Positions 28,733 to 38,225 of a stretch of 64,000 nt of DNA are shown here, piece by piece. Made by a program: the position numbers and the translations under genes. The first letter of the stretch is position 1. Each line of letters starts with the position of its first letter. Source of the DNA: an uncultured Chloroflexia bacterium. GTDB taxonomy: Bacteria > Chloroflexota > Limnocylindria > QHBO01. The notes under the pieces are model-generated. The model had not been told where the DNA came from and did not search any database. It saw nothing but the letters and a program-made list of their open reading frames with translations. Location: assembly GCA_963771155.1 (NCBI GenBank), contig CAVYSK010000012.1, positions 203,504 through 267,503 of the forward strand, read 5' to 3'.

Positions 28733-29682
28733 GCACTCCCTCCGGCTCGCCGGCGCCGAGCAGCACGTGCTCGCGCGCCAGGCCGCGGCGCCAGGCGTCG
28801 GCGGGCATCGCCGGGCGGCCTTCGGGCTGCACGACCTCGAGCGCCAGCGCGCCGATGCCGCAGGCGACGCATGGCACGTCGCCGGGGAGCAGCGCGCCGA
28901 TCGGCACGTCGTCAACGCCGTGGACGGGACGCGCCCGCCGCACGTGGATGCGGCGGTCGTCGATCGTCGTCCAGGCCCCTGGCCATGGCTGAAGGGCACG
29001 GACCTGTCGATCGATCTCGACCGCGGGCCGGCTCCAGTCAATCCATCCATCGCGGCGCGTGAACGGTCGCACCATCGTGGCCTGCGCGTCGTCCTGTGGG
29101 GTCGGGGTGAGCGTTCCGGCCGCCCAGTCCTCGAGCCGTTGCGGCACGACCTCGGCAGCAAGGTCTGCGAGGCGCGCCTCGAGCTCGGGGGTCGTCTCGC
29201 GACCGGTCAGGGGCATGGACCAGCGGTCGACGATCGGCCCGGCGTCGAGCTCCGGCGTCATCACCATCAGGGTCACGCCGCCCTCCGTGTCGCCGGCCAG
29301 GATGGTCCCCGCGACCGGCGCAGCGCCGCGCTGCCGCGGCAGCAGCGACGGGTGGACGTTGAGCGGCGGGCGCTCGGCCAGGTCGAGGAGGGTGGACGGC
29401 ACCATCTGCCCGTAGGCGACCAAGAGCAGGCCGTCGGGCTGGTACTCGCCGAGGCGTCGACTGCGCCTCGTCCGAGCGAAGGCGGGTCGGCGTGAACGAC
29501 CGGATGCCGTGCTCGCGCGCCCAAGCCGTGACCGGCGTGGCCCGCATCTGCAGCCGGCGACCGGCCGGGCGATCGGGCTGGCTGACGACGAGCAGGTCGT
29601 CCGCGGCCTCGGCGACGCGCGCCAGGAGCGGCACGCCGAACGCGCCGGTGCCGAGGAAGACGATGCGACCGAGGCGACCCAC
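28725..29682 (-). pseudogene. fmt: Methionyl-tRNA formyltransferase, frame interrupted near 29457
   Basis: ORF 29038..29682 starts (GTG) MGRLGRIVFLGTGAFGVPLL...VVSQPDRPAGRRLQ...RLRSDEAQS and then loses homology. The next frame reads RLGEYQPDGLLLVAYGQMVPSTLLD...LNVHPSLLPRQRGAAPV (ORF 28725..29423), through the C-terminal domain. Confidence 0.9.
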
Positions 29683-30188
29683 TAGATACCGGCAGCCGAC
29701 TCTTCGGCGACCTCGTCGTGGTGCTCGCTCACCCGAACGAGCTCCTCGAGGGAGTCGAGATGGTCGATGTAGAGGGTTCCGTTGAGGTGGTCGATCTCGT
29801 GCTGGAGGGCGCGGGCAAAGAGCTCCTCGCCCTTCACCCGGAACTCACGCCCGTTGCGGTCACGGGCCTTCACGGTCACCTTCGCGTGCCGGCCGGTCTC
29901 GGCGACGTAGCCGGGGATGGAGAGGCATCCCTCCCAGTCGAGCTGATCGCCCGAGGTCTTCACGATCTGTGGGTTCACGAGCTCGGTGATGCGATTGTCG
30001 ACCTCGATGATCGCGACCTGCAATGGCACCCCGACCTGGTTGGCGGCGAGGCCGACACCCGGCGCATCGCGCATGGTCTCAAGCATGTCGTCCAGGAGCC
30101 GATGCAGGCTGCCATCGAACGTGGAGACCCGTTTCGCGCGCTCGCGCAGGATCGGCTCGTCGGCGGTCAGGATGGGTCGGATGGCCAT
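29682..30188 (-). CDS. def: Peptide deformylase
   Basis: The last 168 codons of the 607-aa track ORF read MAIRPILTADEPILRERA..., GVGLAANQVG, EGCLSIPG and QHEIDHLNG (all three PDF motifs). Its stop overlaps the fmt GTG by 1 nt. Confidence 0.94.
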   Translation of the reverse strand: MAIRPILTADEPILRERAKRVSTFDGSLHRLLDDMLETMRDAPGVGLAANQVGVPLQVAIIEVDNRITELVNPQIVKTSGDQLDWEGCLSIPGYVAETGRHAKVTVKARDRNGREFRVKGEELFARALQHEIDHLNGTLYIDHLDSLEELVRVSEHHDEVAEESAAGI

Positions 30189-30208
30189 GGCGGATCGCAT
30201 TGTAGCCA

Positions 30209-32566
30209 TCAGAGCAGCGACTCCGGGTCGACGTCGATCGCCACGCCGGCAGGCACCCGTTCGAGCGCGCGAGCACGGGTCTCGACGTCCGGGGCGCGAA
30301 CCACCACCTGGAAGCGAAAGCGCCCGGCGCGGCGCGCCACGTACGACGGCAATGGCCCGAGGACGTCCGCGCCGGGCGTCGTCACCTCGGCGGCCGCGGT
30401 ACGTGCGCGATCCTCGGCACGACCGCGATCGGCGTCGGCCACCAGCAGTCGCGCCATGACGCTGAACGGCGGATAGCCGAGGAGGCGGCGCCGGAGCAGC
30501 TCTTCGTCCGCAAAGCCGTCCACGTCGAGTGCCGCCGCCGCGCGGATCGCGTAGTGCGACGGGGCGTAGGTCTGGACGATCACGCGGCCCGCCGCCTCCC
30601 CCCGCCCCGCCCGGCCGGCGATCTGCGCGACGAGCTGGAACGTGCGCTCCGCGGCGCGGTAGTCGGGCAGGTTCAGCGTCACGTCCGCAGCTACCACCGC
30701 TGCGAGCGTCACGGACGGCAGGTCGAGCCCCTTGGCTGCCAGCTGCGTTCCGACCAGCACGTCGGTGCGACCCTCGCGGAAGTCGTCGTAGACCGTCTCG
30801 AATCCGCGGCGAGCCGCGAGGGCGTCCGAGTCCAGCCTCCCGACGCGCAGACCAGGCCAGCGAGCTCGCAGCTCGGCCTCGACGCGCTGCGTGCCGGCGC
30901 CGAAGTATCGGATCCGACCGCTTCCGCAATTCGGACATCGCTCGGTCGGTGTCGCGGTTCGGCCGCAGTGGTGGCAGCGCAGCGCACCGCCGTCGAGGTG
31001 GTACACGAACGGCAGCTCGCAGTCGGGGCAGCGCAGCGCCTCCCCGCAGTCCCGGCACAGGATGAACGTGGCCGCGCCGCGGCGGTTGATGAGTAGCACG
31101 GCCTGCTCGCTCCCGCGCCGCAGCTCGCCCAGGGCCTCGCCGAGGGGCGCGGAGAAGATCGAGCGATTGCCGGCGGCGAGCTCGGCACGGAGGTCGACCA
31201 CCTCGATGGACGGGATGCCGCCGACGCGCCGCTCGACGAGGCGCGCCCGCTCGGCGTGGCCGCCGCGCACGCGCGCAACCGTGACGAGGTCGGGCGTCGC
31301 GCTGCCCATCACGAGATGCGCGCCGGAGAGCTGCGCCCGGCGACGGGCGACCCACCGCGCGTCGTACCGGGGCGTCCGGTCCGACTTGTAGCCGCCGTCG
31401 TGCTCCTCGTCGACGACGATCAGCCCCAGCGAGTCGACCGGCGCGAAGGCTGCCGTCCGGGTGCCGACCACGACGTGGGCCTCGCCACGCAGGATCCGCC
31501 ACCACTCGTCGTGTCGCTCGCCACCCGAGAGCCCGGAGTGCAGCACGGCCAGCCCGTCGCCGATCGCCGCGCGCAGCCGATCGCCGACCTGCGGAACCAG
31601 GCTCGTCTCCGGGACGAGCACGATCGAGGAGCGGCCGGCATCGAGCTCGTCGCGGATCGCGGCGAGGTAGACATCGGTCTTGCCGGAGGCTGCGACGCCC
31701 TCGAGCAGCAGCTCGCCGCCGGGCGCAAGATCGCGGATCGCGGCGCGCGCTCGCTCCTGTTCGTCGGCCAGCTGATGGCGGACGTCGGCCGCCCCGATGC
31801 GGTGCGCCAGCGGGTCGCGATCGACGGCACGCCAGTCGAGCTCGGCGCGACCGAGGGCCACGAGCCGTCTTGCCGGCGCCAGGAGCGCGCCAGGTTCCGT
31901 GCCGAGCTCCTCGGCGAGCTCGGGCATCGTCCGCTCGCCGACGCCCAGCGCGTCCAGCAACGCGCGCTGAACGGGTGCGCGGCGCGGCGGATCGGCCTCA
32001 CCAGGGGTGGCACGCAGGATACGAACCCGTCGCGCGCTCACCTCGGGCGGCCGCAGCGACCAGTCAGGCCGCAGGACCCCGGCGCGACGCAGGCGCTCCA
32101 CCCATGCCGTCCGGCCTCGGCGCGGCGCGCGGCGCTGAAGGGCCGCATCTGCGATCCATCCGTCAGCGTCCGCGACGCCGTGCAGCTCCTCGGGCAGCGC
32201 ATCGCCGTCCTCGACGTGCCATCGCCTGACCAGGCGGGACTCGAGGCCGGGCGGAAGCATGGCGGCCACCGTGGTGCCGATCGGTGCGCGGTAGTACACG
32301 GCGATCTCGTGGGCGAGCGCCAGCAGGTCGGGCGTCAGCATCGGCTCCGAGACCACCGCCTCGACCTCCTTGACGGTCGCCGTTGCCGCCTCGGGGGCTC
32401 CGGGCATCAGGTAGCCGAGGGCGAGCCGCCGACCATATGGCACGAGCAGCAGGGATCCGGGCCCGGGATCGCCCAGGGCGGCAGGAAGGTCGTATGTGAA
32501 CGTTCGCTCTGGACGATCGGCGATCGCCTCGACGGCGACGCGGACCGGCCGCGCCACGGTGCTCAT
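30209..32566 (-). CDS. priA: Primosomal protein N' (replication restart helicase PriA)
   Basis: 785-aa ORF with GVAASGKTDVYL, VVDEEHD, a Cys4-Cys4 zinc-binding insertion (CRDCGEALRCPDC...CHHCG...CPNCGS), and helicase C motifs. Confidence 0.94.
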   Translation of the reverse strand: MSTVARPVRVAVEAIADRPERTFTYDLPAALGDPGPGSLLLVPYGRRLALGYLMPGAPEAATATVKEVEAVVSEPMLTPDLLALAHEIAVYYRAPIGTTVAAMLPPGLESRLVRRWHVEDGDALPEELHGVADADGWIADAALQRRAPRRGRTAWVERLRRAGVLRPDWSLRPPEVSARRVRILRATPGEADPPRRAPVQRALLDALGVGERTMPELAEELGTEPGALLAPARRLVALGRAELDWRAVDRDPLAHRIGAADVRHQLADEQERARAAIRDLAPGGELLLEGVAASGKTDVYLAAIRDELDAGRSSIVLVPETSLVPQVGDRLRAAIGDGLAVLHSGLSGGERHDEWWRILRGEAHVVVGTRTAAFAPVDSLGLIVVDEEHDGGYKSDRTPRYDARWVARRRAQLSGAHLVMGSATPDLVTVARVRGGHAERARLVERRVGGIPSIEVVDLRAELAAGNRSIFSAPLGEALGELRRGSEQAVLLINRRGAATFILCRDCGEALRCPDCELPFVYHLDGGALRCHHCGRTATPTERCPNCGSGRIRYFGAGTQRVEAELRARWPGLRVGRLDSDALAARRGFETVYDDFREGRTDVLVGTQLAAKGLDLPSVTLAAVVAADVTLNLPDYRAAERTFQLVAQIAGRAGRGEAAGRVIVQTYAPSHYAIRAAAALDVDGFADEELLRRRLLGYPPFSVMARLLVADADRGRAEDRARTAAAEVTTPGADVLGPLPSYVARRAGRFRFQVVVRAPDVETRARALERVPAGVAIDVDPESLL

Positions 32567-32576
32567 GGCCGATCGG

Positions 32577-33203
32577 TCAGACGCGGGGGCGGCGCGGCGG
32601 GTCGCGGCGGGCCTCGGCTTGGATGATCTCCCAGATGCGGTCGGCCGCCTCGCGAGGCCGCCCGGTCTCGTTGACGACCACGTGATCGTAGTCGTCCGCC
32701 TCCGCCATCCAGCGCTCCGCGTCGTGGCGACGGCGCTCGATGCTCGCCTCCGACTCCGACCCGCGGCTGCGCAACCGGTCGGCGAGATCCTCCATGGTGG
32801 GTGGCATCACGAAGATCAGCAGTGCGTCGGGCACGAGCCGTCGGACGTTGCGTGCACCTTCCGGGCTGATCGTCAGGATCGCGTCGCGGCCCGCGGCCAG
32901 GATGCCGCGCACCTGGTCGATCGGGGTTCCGTACCAGTGGCCGTGGTTGTTCGCGTACTCGAGGAGCCCATTCCGCGCGATGAGGTCCTGGAACGCCTCC
33001 TCGCTGATGAAGTGGTAATGGACTCCCTCGATCTCGGTATCGCGCCGCTCGCGGGTCGTGGCAGTCACGATCGGCACGACCTGTGGGCGCGATCGCGCCA
33101 GCTCCGCCACGATCGTGCTCTTCCCGACTCCGGATGGCCCCGACACGACGACGAGCATCGGGTTCGGGAACGTCATGCGCTTGTCAGTCGGGCGCTCGGT
33201 CAT
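32577..33203 (-). CDS. gmk: Guanylate kinase
   Basis: 208-aa ORF with VVVSGPSGVGKSTIV, TTRERR..E..GVHYHF and YGT. Confidence 0.93.
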   Translation of the reverse strand: MTERPTDKRMTFPNPMLVVVSGPSGVGKSTIVAELARSRPQVVPIVTATTRERRDTEIEGVHYHFISEEAFQDLIARNGLLEYANNHGHWYGTPIDQVRGILAAGRDAILTISPEGARNVRRLVPDALLIFVMPPTMEDLADRLRSRGSESEASIERRRHDAERWMAEADDYDHVVVNETGRPREAADRIWEIIQAEARRDPPRRPRV

Positions 33204-34171
33204 TCCTCGACCTCGGCCCCCACGCCCTCGGGCAGCCGTCCCGCCGCGGCGCTCACCCCGGACGCGTCCAGCGAGGCGACGAGGTCATCGGGCAGGCCGC
33301 TCCACGCTCGCAGTCGCGCTCCGTCGAGGGGTCGCTCCACCCCCAGCCTGGCGGCGTGCAGGAACTGCCGTCGCAGCCCGCCGGGACCCTCTCCCCCGCC
33401 GTACCGCAGATCGCCGGCGATCGGCAACCCCAGGTAGGAGAGGTGCGCGCGGATCTGGTGCGTCCGCCCGGTCAACGGTCGCAGGGCGAGCAGAGCGTAC
33501 CCGCCTCCGGCAGCGACGACCTCGTACTCGGTCACCGACTCGCGACCGCCGGCCACCACGGCCATCCGCTGCCGATCGCGCGGGTCGCGTCCGATCGGCG
33601 CCTCGACGCGGCCGCGGGGGGCCGGTGGGTCGCCGCGCACGAGGGCGAGGTACTCCTTCTCGACGGCGCGCTCCCCGAACTGCTTCATGAGGCTTGCCTG
33701 GGCGGCATCGGTCTTGGCCACGACGATGAGCCCGCTCGTCTCCTTGTCGAGCCGATGGACGATTCCGGGGCGCCCGACACCCGCGATCGACCCGAGTGGC
33801 TCGCCACGGTCCCTCGCCCGGCCGAGGAGGGCGTTCACGAGCGTGCCCGTGCCGTGCCCGGCGCTGGGATGGACGACGAGGCCCGCGGGCTTGTCGACGA
33901 TCAGCATGGACTCGTCCTCGTAGGCCACGCTCAGCGGGATCGACTCCGCCTGAAGCGACTCGTCGGGCGGTGCGCTGAGCTCGACGCTCACCCGCTCCCC
34001 ACCGGTGAGCCGGTCGCTCGACCGCCGGCGCCGGCCATCGACGAGGGCCCGCCCATCGCCGATGAGTCGCTGGGCATGCGCGCGGCTGATCTCGGCGACG
34101 GCCGCAACCGCGAGGTCGACGCGGCCGCTGGGTGCGACGCCCTCGATGATCCGATCAGCCACCACCGTCAC
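33200..34171 (-). CDS. rluD: 23S rRNA pseudouridine synthase, RluA/RluD family
   Basis: GTG at 34171 overlaps the lspA TGA (GTGA). Contains an S4-like N-terminus, LIVDKPAGLVVHP, HRLDKETSGLIVVAKT and GRTHQIRAHL. Confidence 0.9.
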   Translation of the reverse strand: MTVVADRIIEGVAPSGRVDLAVAAVAEISRAHAQRLIGDGRALVDGRRRRSSDRLTGGERVSVELSAPPDESLQAESIPLSVAYEDESMLIVDKPAGLVVHPSAGHGTGTLVNALLGRARDRGEPLGSIAGVGRPGIVHRLDKETSGLIVVAKTDAAQASLMKQFGERAVEKEYLALVRGDPPAPRGRVEAPIGRDPRDRQRMAVVAGGRESVTEYEVVAAGGGYALLALRPLTGRTHQIRAHLSYLGLPIAGDLRYGGGEGPGGLRRQFLHAARLGVERPLDGARLRAWSGLPDDLVASLDASGVSAAAGRLPEGVGAEVEE

Positions 34172-34695
34172 GTCGCCGGGTCGTTCCGGCGCCCGCGGAC
34201 GTCGAAGAACGTGAGATACCCCACCAGGAGCGCGATGCCGATCACCAGGCTGGGATCCGCCACGTTGAATGCCGGGAACCGCAGGTCGCCGATCCCGACG
34301 CTGACGAAGTCGATTACGTACCCGAAGCGGACCCGGTCGGTCAGGTTCCCCAGCGCTCCGGCCAGGATTGCGCCGAGGATGACGTGGATCCACGGTCCGC
34401 GGTCCCGAAACTGGAAGTGGAAATAGGCCACCATGCCGATGGCGACGAACGTGATCGGGATGAACAGCCAGAGCGCACCGGGCAGGATGCTGAACGAGGC
34501 CCCCGTGTTGCGCAGGTACCAGAGCTGGACGAAGTCGCCGATGACGTCCACGCGCTGGCCGTACTCGAGGTTGGTGTCGACGAGCCACTTCGTGATCTGG
34601 TCCGCGACGTAGAGGACCACGGCCGTACCGACGAGGAGCAGCGTGCTCCGCGATGGCGACTCCTCTCGATCGATCCCCGCCTCCACGAGCGCCAC
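34168..34695 (-). CDS. lspA: Lipoprotein signal peptidase (signal peptidase II)
   Basis: GTG at 34695 is 2 nt after the ileS TAG. Contains VADQITKWLV, NTGASFS, GALGNLTDRV...YVIDF and FNVAD motifs and four TM segments. Confidence 0.9.
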   Translation of the reverse strand: MALVEAGIDREESPSRSTLLLVGTAVVLYVADQITKWLVDTNLEYGQRVDVIGDFVQLWYLRNTGASFSILPGALWLFIPITFVAIGMVAYFHFQFRDRGPWIHVILGAILAGALGNLTDRVRFGYVIDFVSVGIGDLRFPAFNVADPSLVIGIALLVGYLTFFDVRGRRNDPAT

Positions 34696-34696
34696 T

Positions 34697-37600
34697 CTAG
34701 CCGACCGCTCGGTCGACAGCGCGGCGCACGGCGAGGTCGAGCCGGAGACCGTCGAGCTCGGCCGTCTCCCGGATCTCCGCTCCCTCGATGGTCGCCCCGT
34801 CGGCGACCTCGAGCGAGGTGGCCAGCACCTCCTCAGCGAGCCAGTCCCTGTGCGCACGGAGCTTCTCCAGCGCTGCCGGCTCACCACTGATGGCGACCTC
34901 GATGCGGTCGCTGATCTCGTATCCGGCCGCCTTCCGCAGCGCCTGCAGCCGATGGGCGACCTCGCGAGCGACGCCCTCGGCGGCAAGCTCGTCGTCGACC
35001 GTCGTGTCCAGCGCCACCAGCAGGTCACCGTCCTCGGCTAGCTCGTTGCCCGGGCGGGCTCGGGCTGTGAGCTCGAACTCGTCCGGCTGCAGCGTCACCC
35101 CGCCTACGGATACCGTGCCGTCTTCAGTGAGCTGCCAGCTCCCCGAGCGGGCGCCAGCCATCACCGCCCCAACCGCGGAGCCGTGCCTCGGTCCGATCAC
35201 CGGGAGCAGCGGATAGAGGGTGCGCTCCACCAAGTCCGACTCGTCCGGGATCAGCTCGAGACCGCGGACGTTGAGCTCGTCGAGGACGTGACCGGTCAGC
35301 TCCGCGGCGATGGCCGCATCGTCGCTGAGCGCGGCGCGACCGCCCGGCAGCTTGATACGCACGGCGCGCAAGGGCTGTCGCGTGCGCAGTCCCGAGGCGG
35401 CACGTGCGGTCCGGCCGAGCGCGACCGTCCGGCGCGCCAGTCCGACCGCCTCCTCGACCGCCGGGTCCGTCCGCCCAGACAAGGGCGTCGGGAAGTCGGC
35501 CAGGTGCACGCTGTCCGGCGCATCCGGCACGACGCCGGCCACCAGGTTGTCCCATATCGCGTCCGCGAGGTGCGGGACGATCGGGGCGAGCAGCCGGACC
35601 AGGGTGGTGAGCACTTCGTGCAGGGTGGCGTAGGCGGCGCGCTTGTCGTCATCCAGCTCCCCCTTCCAGAACCGGCGGCGGTTGCGGCGCACGTACCAGT
35701 TCGACAGGTCGTCGACGAAGGCCTCGATCGCCCGCGTCGCGGCCTGGGCGTCGTACTCGTCCAGGGACGGTCCGACCTCGCCGATCAGTCCGTCCAGCCG
35801 GGACAGAATCCAGCGGTCGAGCAGCGTCCGCGCAACATCCACCCCATTGGTCTGCGCCGGTGTCCAGCCGTCGAGCCGCGCGTAGGTGACGAGGAAGCCG
35901 TACGTGTTCCACAGCGGCAGGAAGAAGCGACGCACCACCTCGTGGCCGGGTCCGTAGCCGAAGCGCAGGTTCGCCGCCGGGTTCGCCGATGCGTACATCC
36001 AGCGCATCACATCGGCGCCGATGCGCTCCGCGGCTTCGTCGAACGGGATCGAGTTGCCCTTGCTCTTGTGCATCTCCTCGCCGTTCTCGTCGAGCAGAAG
36101 GGCGTAGGCGAACAACGTTGTCATCGGTGCCGTTCCCGTCATGACCGTCGATTCGGTCAGCAGCGCGTAGAACCAGTTGCGGAACTGGCCCGGGAACGAC
36201 TCGCTGATCCAGTCGGCCGGGTACCACTCCCGCCAGTAGTCACGGTCCGAGTTCCATTTCAACGTCGACAGTCCCACGATACCGGCGTCGAGCCACGGGT
36301 TGCCGACGTCGGTCGTGCGCCGGGCACGGCCTCCGCACGACGAGCACGCGATCTCGACCCCGTCGATCCATGGTCGATGCGGCGAGTGACCCTCGAACTC
36401 TTCCCAGCCGGCGACAGATCGCTCACGAAGCTCATCCTTCGAGCCGATGACCTCCCACCCATCGCAGTCGGTGCACTCCCAGATCGGCAGGGCGAGCCCG
36501 TAGTACCGCTTCTTGCTGATCATCCAGTCGCCCATGTTCCGGAGCCAATCGAGCTCACGCTCCTTCAGGCCGATGCCCTCCGGCAGCCAGCGCGCGGCGC
36601 GGGTCGAGTCGCTCACCGGGGCGCGCAGCGGATCCATGGCGATGAACCATTCGTCGACCAGCCGGAAGATGAGCTGCGTGCCGCAGCGCCAGCAGTGCGG
36701 GTACGAGTGACCGTAGCTCTCCTTCGCCACGAGCAGGCCCTTCGACTCGAGGTCGGACAGCACCGCGCGCGCGATGTCGTCGGCTGGGTCGGGCGTGGCG
36801 CCGGCATACCGACCCGTCTGCCAACCGAATCCCTCGCCGAAGATGCCGAACTGGTCGATCGGGTCGATCACGGGAAGGTCGAACGCTTTCGACAGCGCGA
36901 AGTCCTCCTGGCCGCATCCGGGGGCGATGTGGACGATGCCGGTTCCCTCGACGTCCGAGACCTCGGCCCACGGGATCACGCGGTGGGTGACGCCCGCGAC
37001 CGCCGGCAGCTCGTCGTAGGGCCCGGAGTAGGTGAGCTCGACCAGCTCGCTCCCAGGCGCCTCGCGGATCACCGATGCATCGCGTGCGACGCGAACCTTG
37101 GACCCAGCGCTCAGCCACCATCGGCGGCCGTCGCGCCCGGTGACCAGCTGGTACGTGAGCCCCGGATGGACGGCAGCGGCGACGTTGCTCGATAGCGTCC
37201 ACGGCGTCGTGGTCCAGACGAGCAGGTCCTCGTCCTCGTGCCCCGGGCTGGTGATCGGCAGCCGCAGGGTGACCGACAGATGCTTCACGTCGGCGTATCC
37301 CTCGGCCGCCTCCATGTTGCTGATGCCGGTCCCGCACCGCGGGCACCACGGCATGACGTCATGACCCCTGTACAGCAGGCCGCGCCGCTGGCATTCGGCC
37401 AGGAATGCCCAGATCGTGTAGTTGTTCTCGTCGGAGTTCGTGTAGTAGCTGTCGTCCCAGTTCATCCAGTAGCCGAGCCGCTTGCTCTGCTCGGTCTGGA
37501 TGCCCGCGAACTTCTGGACGCGCTCCTTGCACAGCTCGACGAATCGGTCGATCCCGAACTCCTCGATCTGGCGCTTGTTGTTGAAACCGAGCTGGCGCTC

Positions 37601-37891
37601 GACCTCGACCTCGATCCACAGCCCCTGGCAATCGAACCCGTTCTGGTACCGCTGCCGCTCGCCGAGCATCGTGTGATAGCGCTGGAAGAGGTCCTTGTAC
37701 GTGCGGCCCCAGGCGTGATGGACCCCCATCGGGTTGTTCGCCGTGATCGGCCCGTCGATGAAGCTGAACTTCCGGTCCGCACCGTCGTTCCGGCGCAGAT
37801 AGCGAGCCATCGTGTCGCGCACGGCCCAGCGCGCGATGACCTCCCGCTCGAGGGAGGGAACGTCTAGCTTCGTCTCAACCGGCTTGAACAA
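34697..37891 (-). CDS. ileS: Isoleucyl-tRNA synthetase (type 2); TTG start at 37891, alternative ATG at 37927
   Basis: (M)FKPVETKLDVPSLEREVIARW..., NNPMGVHHAWGR (HIGH-type motif) and EMHKSKGNS (KMSKS motif). GAGGA lies 5 nt upstream of the TTG. Upstream ORF sequence is non-homologous. Confidence 0.95.
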   Translation of the reverse strand: MFKPVETKLDVPSLEREVIARWAVRDTMARYLRRNDGADRKFSFIDGPITANNPMGVHHAWGRTYKDLFQRYHTMLGERQRYQNGFDCQGLWIEVEVERQLGFNNKRQIEEFGIDRFVELCKERVQKFAGIQTEQSKRLGYWMNWDDSYYTNSDENNYTIWAFLAECQRRGLLYRGHDVMPWCPRCGTGISNMEAAEGYADVKHLSVTLRLPITSPGHEDEDLLVWTTTPWTLSSNVAAAVHPGLTYQLVTGRDGRRWWLSAGSKVRVARDASVIREAPGSELVELTYSGPYDELPAVAGVTHRVIPWAEVSDVEGTGIVHIAPGCGQEDFALSKAFDLPVIDPIDQFGIFGEGFGWQTGRYAGATPDPADDIARAVLSDLESKGLLVAKESYGHSYPHCWRCGTQLIFRLVDEWFIAMDPLRAPVSDSTRAARWLPEGIGLKERELDWLRNMGDWMISKKRYYGLALPIWECTDCDGWEVIGSKDELRERSVAGWEEFEGHSPHRPWIDGVEIACSSCGGRARRTTDVGNPWLDAGIVGLSTLKWNSDRDYWREWYPADWISESFPGQFRNWFYALLTESTVMTGTAPMTTLFAYALLLDENGEEMHKSKGNSIPFDEAAERIGADVMRWMYASANPAANLRFGYGPGHEVVRRFFLPLWNTYGFLVTYARLDGWTPAQTNGVDVARTLLDRWILSRLDGLIGEVGPSLDEYDAQAATRAIEAFVDDLSNWYVRRNRRRFWKGELDDDKRAAYATLHEVLTTLVRLLAPIVPHLADAIWDNLVAGVVPDAPDSVHLADFPTPLSGRTDPAVEEAVGLARRTVALGRTARAASGLRTRQPLRAVRIKLPGGRAALSDDAAIAAELTGHVLDELNVRGLELIPDESDLVERTLYPLLPVIGPRHGSAVGAVMAGARSGSWQLTEDGTVSVGGVTLQPDEFELTARARPGNELAEDGDLLVALDTTVDDELAAEGVAREVAHRLQALRKAAGYEISDRIEVAISGEPAALEKLRAHRDWLAEEVLATSLEVADGATIEGAEIRETAELDGLRLDLAVRRAVDRAVG

Positions 37892-38200
37892 CGGATCCTC
37901 GTTTCGGCGACAACCAAAAGCCCCCATCCCGGACTCCGGGACGGGAGCTCGCTCCCGCGGTACCACCCGCGTTTGACCGATGCATTGCTGGCGGCGCATC
38001 GGCCCACTCGTCGGCCCGTTCACGGGGGCCGGGCGGGAGGCGTTACGCACCGAGTCGATAATCCGCTTGGCGCCTCCGGCTCGGGAGGGATGGCGACCGT
38101 CGCCGATGCCGCCTGCTCTCACCATCCCAGGCTCGCTCGTGGCTCGGTGGTGACGGCCGTCGTGGCTCCGTCATCGCCGTATCAATTGGTCGCCGATCGT
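37892..38200 (-). promoter_or_regulatory. T-box leader (tRNA-sensing riboswitch) of ileS
   Basis: The minus strand reads AAACGCGGGUGGUACCGCGGGAGCGAGCUCCCG at about 37940-37975, which is the conserved T-box sequence (GGGUGGUACCGCG) followed by a 6-bp/tetraloop helix CGGGAG-CGAG-CUCCCG. A further hairpin is followed by GGGGGCUUUUGG just before the RBS. Upstream there are several nested helices, a GAGAG element, and a candidate AUC (Ile) specifier at 38057-38059. Confidence 0.75.
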
Positions 38201-38225
38201 CGCAGCCGCCCGGCGCGGTGTCAAT

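Noticed and set aside
27314-29161. 615-aa and 520-aa minus-strand ORFs (27314..29161, 27310..28872) and the 607-aa ORF 29682..31505, which would be the largest genes of that region.
   Set aside because: Only the last 240 codons (zinc metallopeptidase from ATG 28032) and the last 168 codons (def from ATG 30188) look like real protein. The upstream parts overlap the BON gene, fmt or priA out of frame and are Arg/Pro/Gly noise.
6451-29682. Interpretation of the seven frame breaks as programmed ribosomal frameshifting (prfB- or dnaX-like recoding).
   Set aside because: None of the junctions has a recognisable slippery heptamer or an in-frame stop with an upstream SD-like stimulator. The directions are mixed (+1 and -1), and the affected genes are unrelated. 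Sequence error or decay fits better. Only the trmD case is retained as a speculative note.
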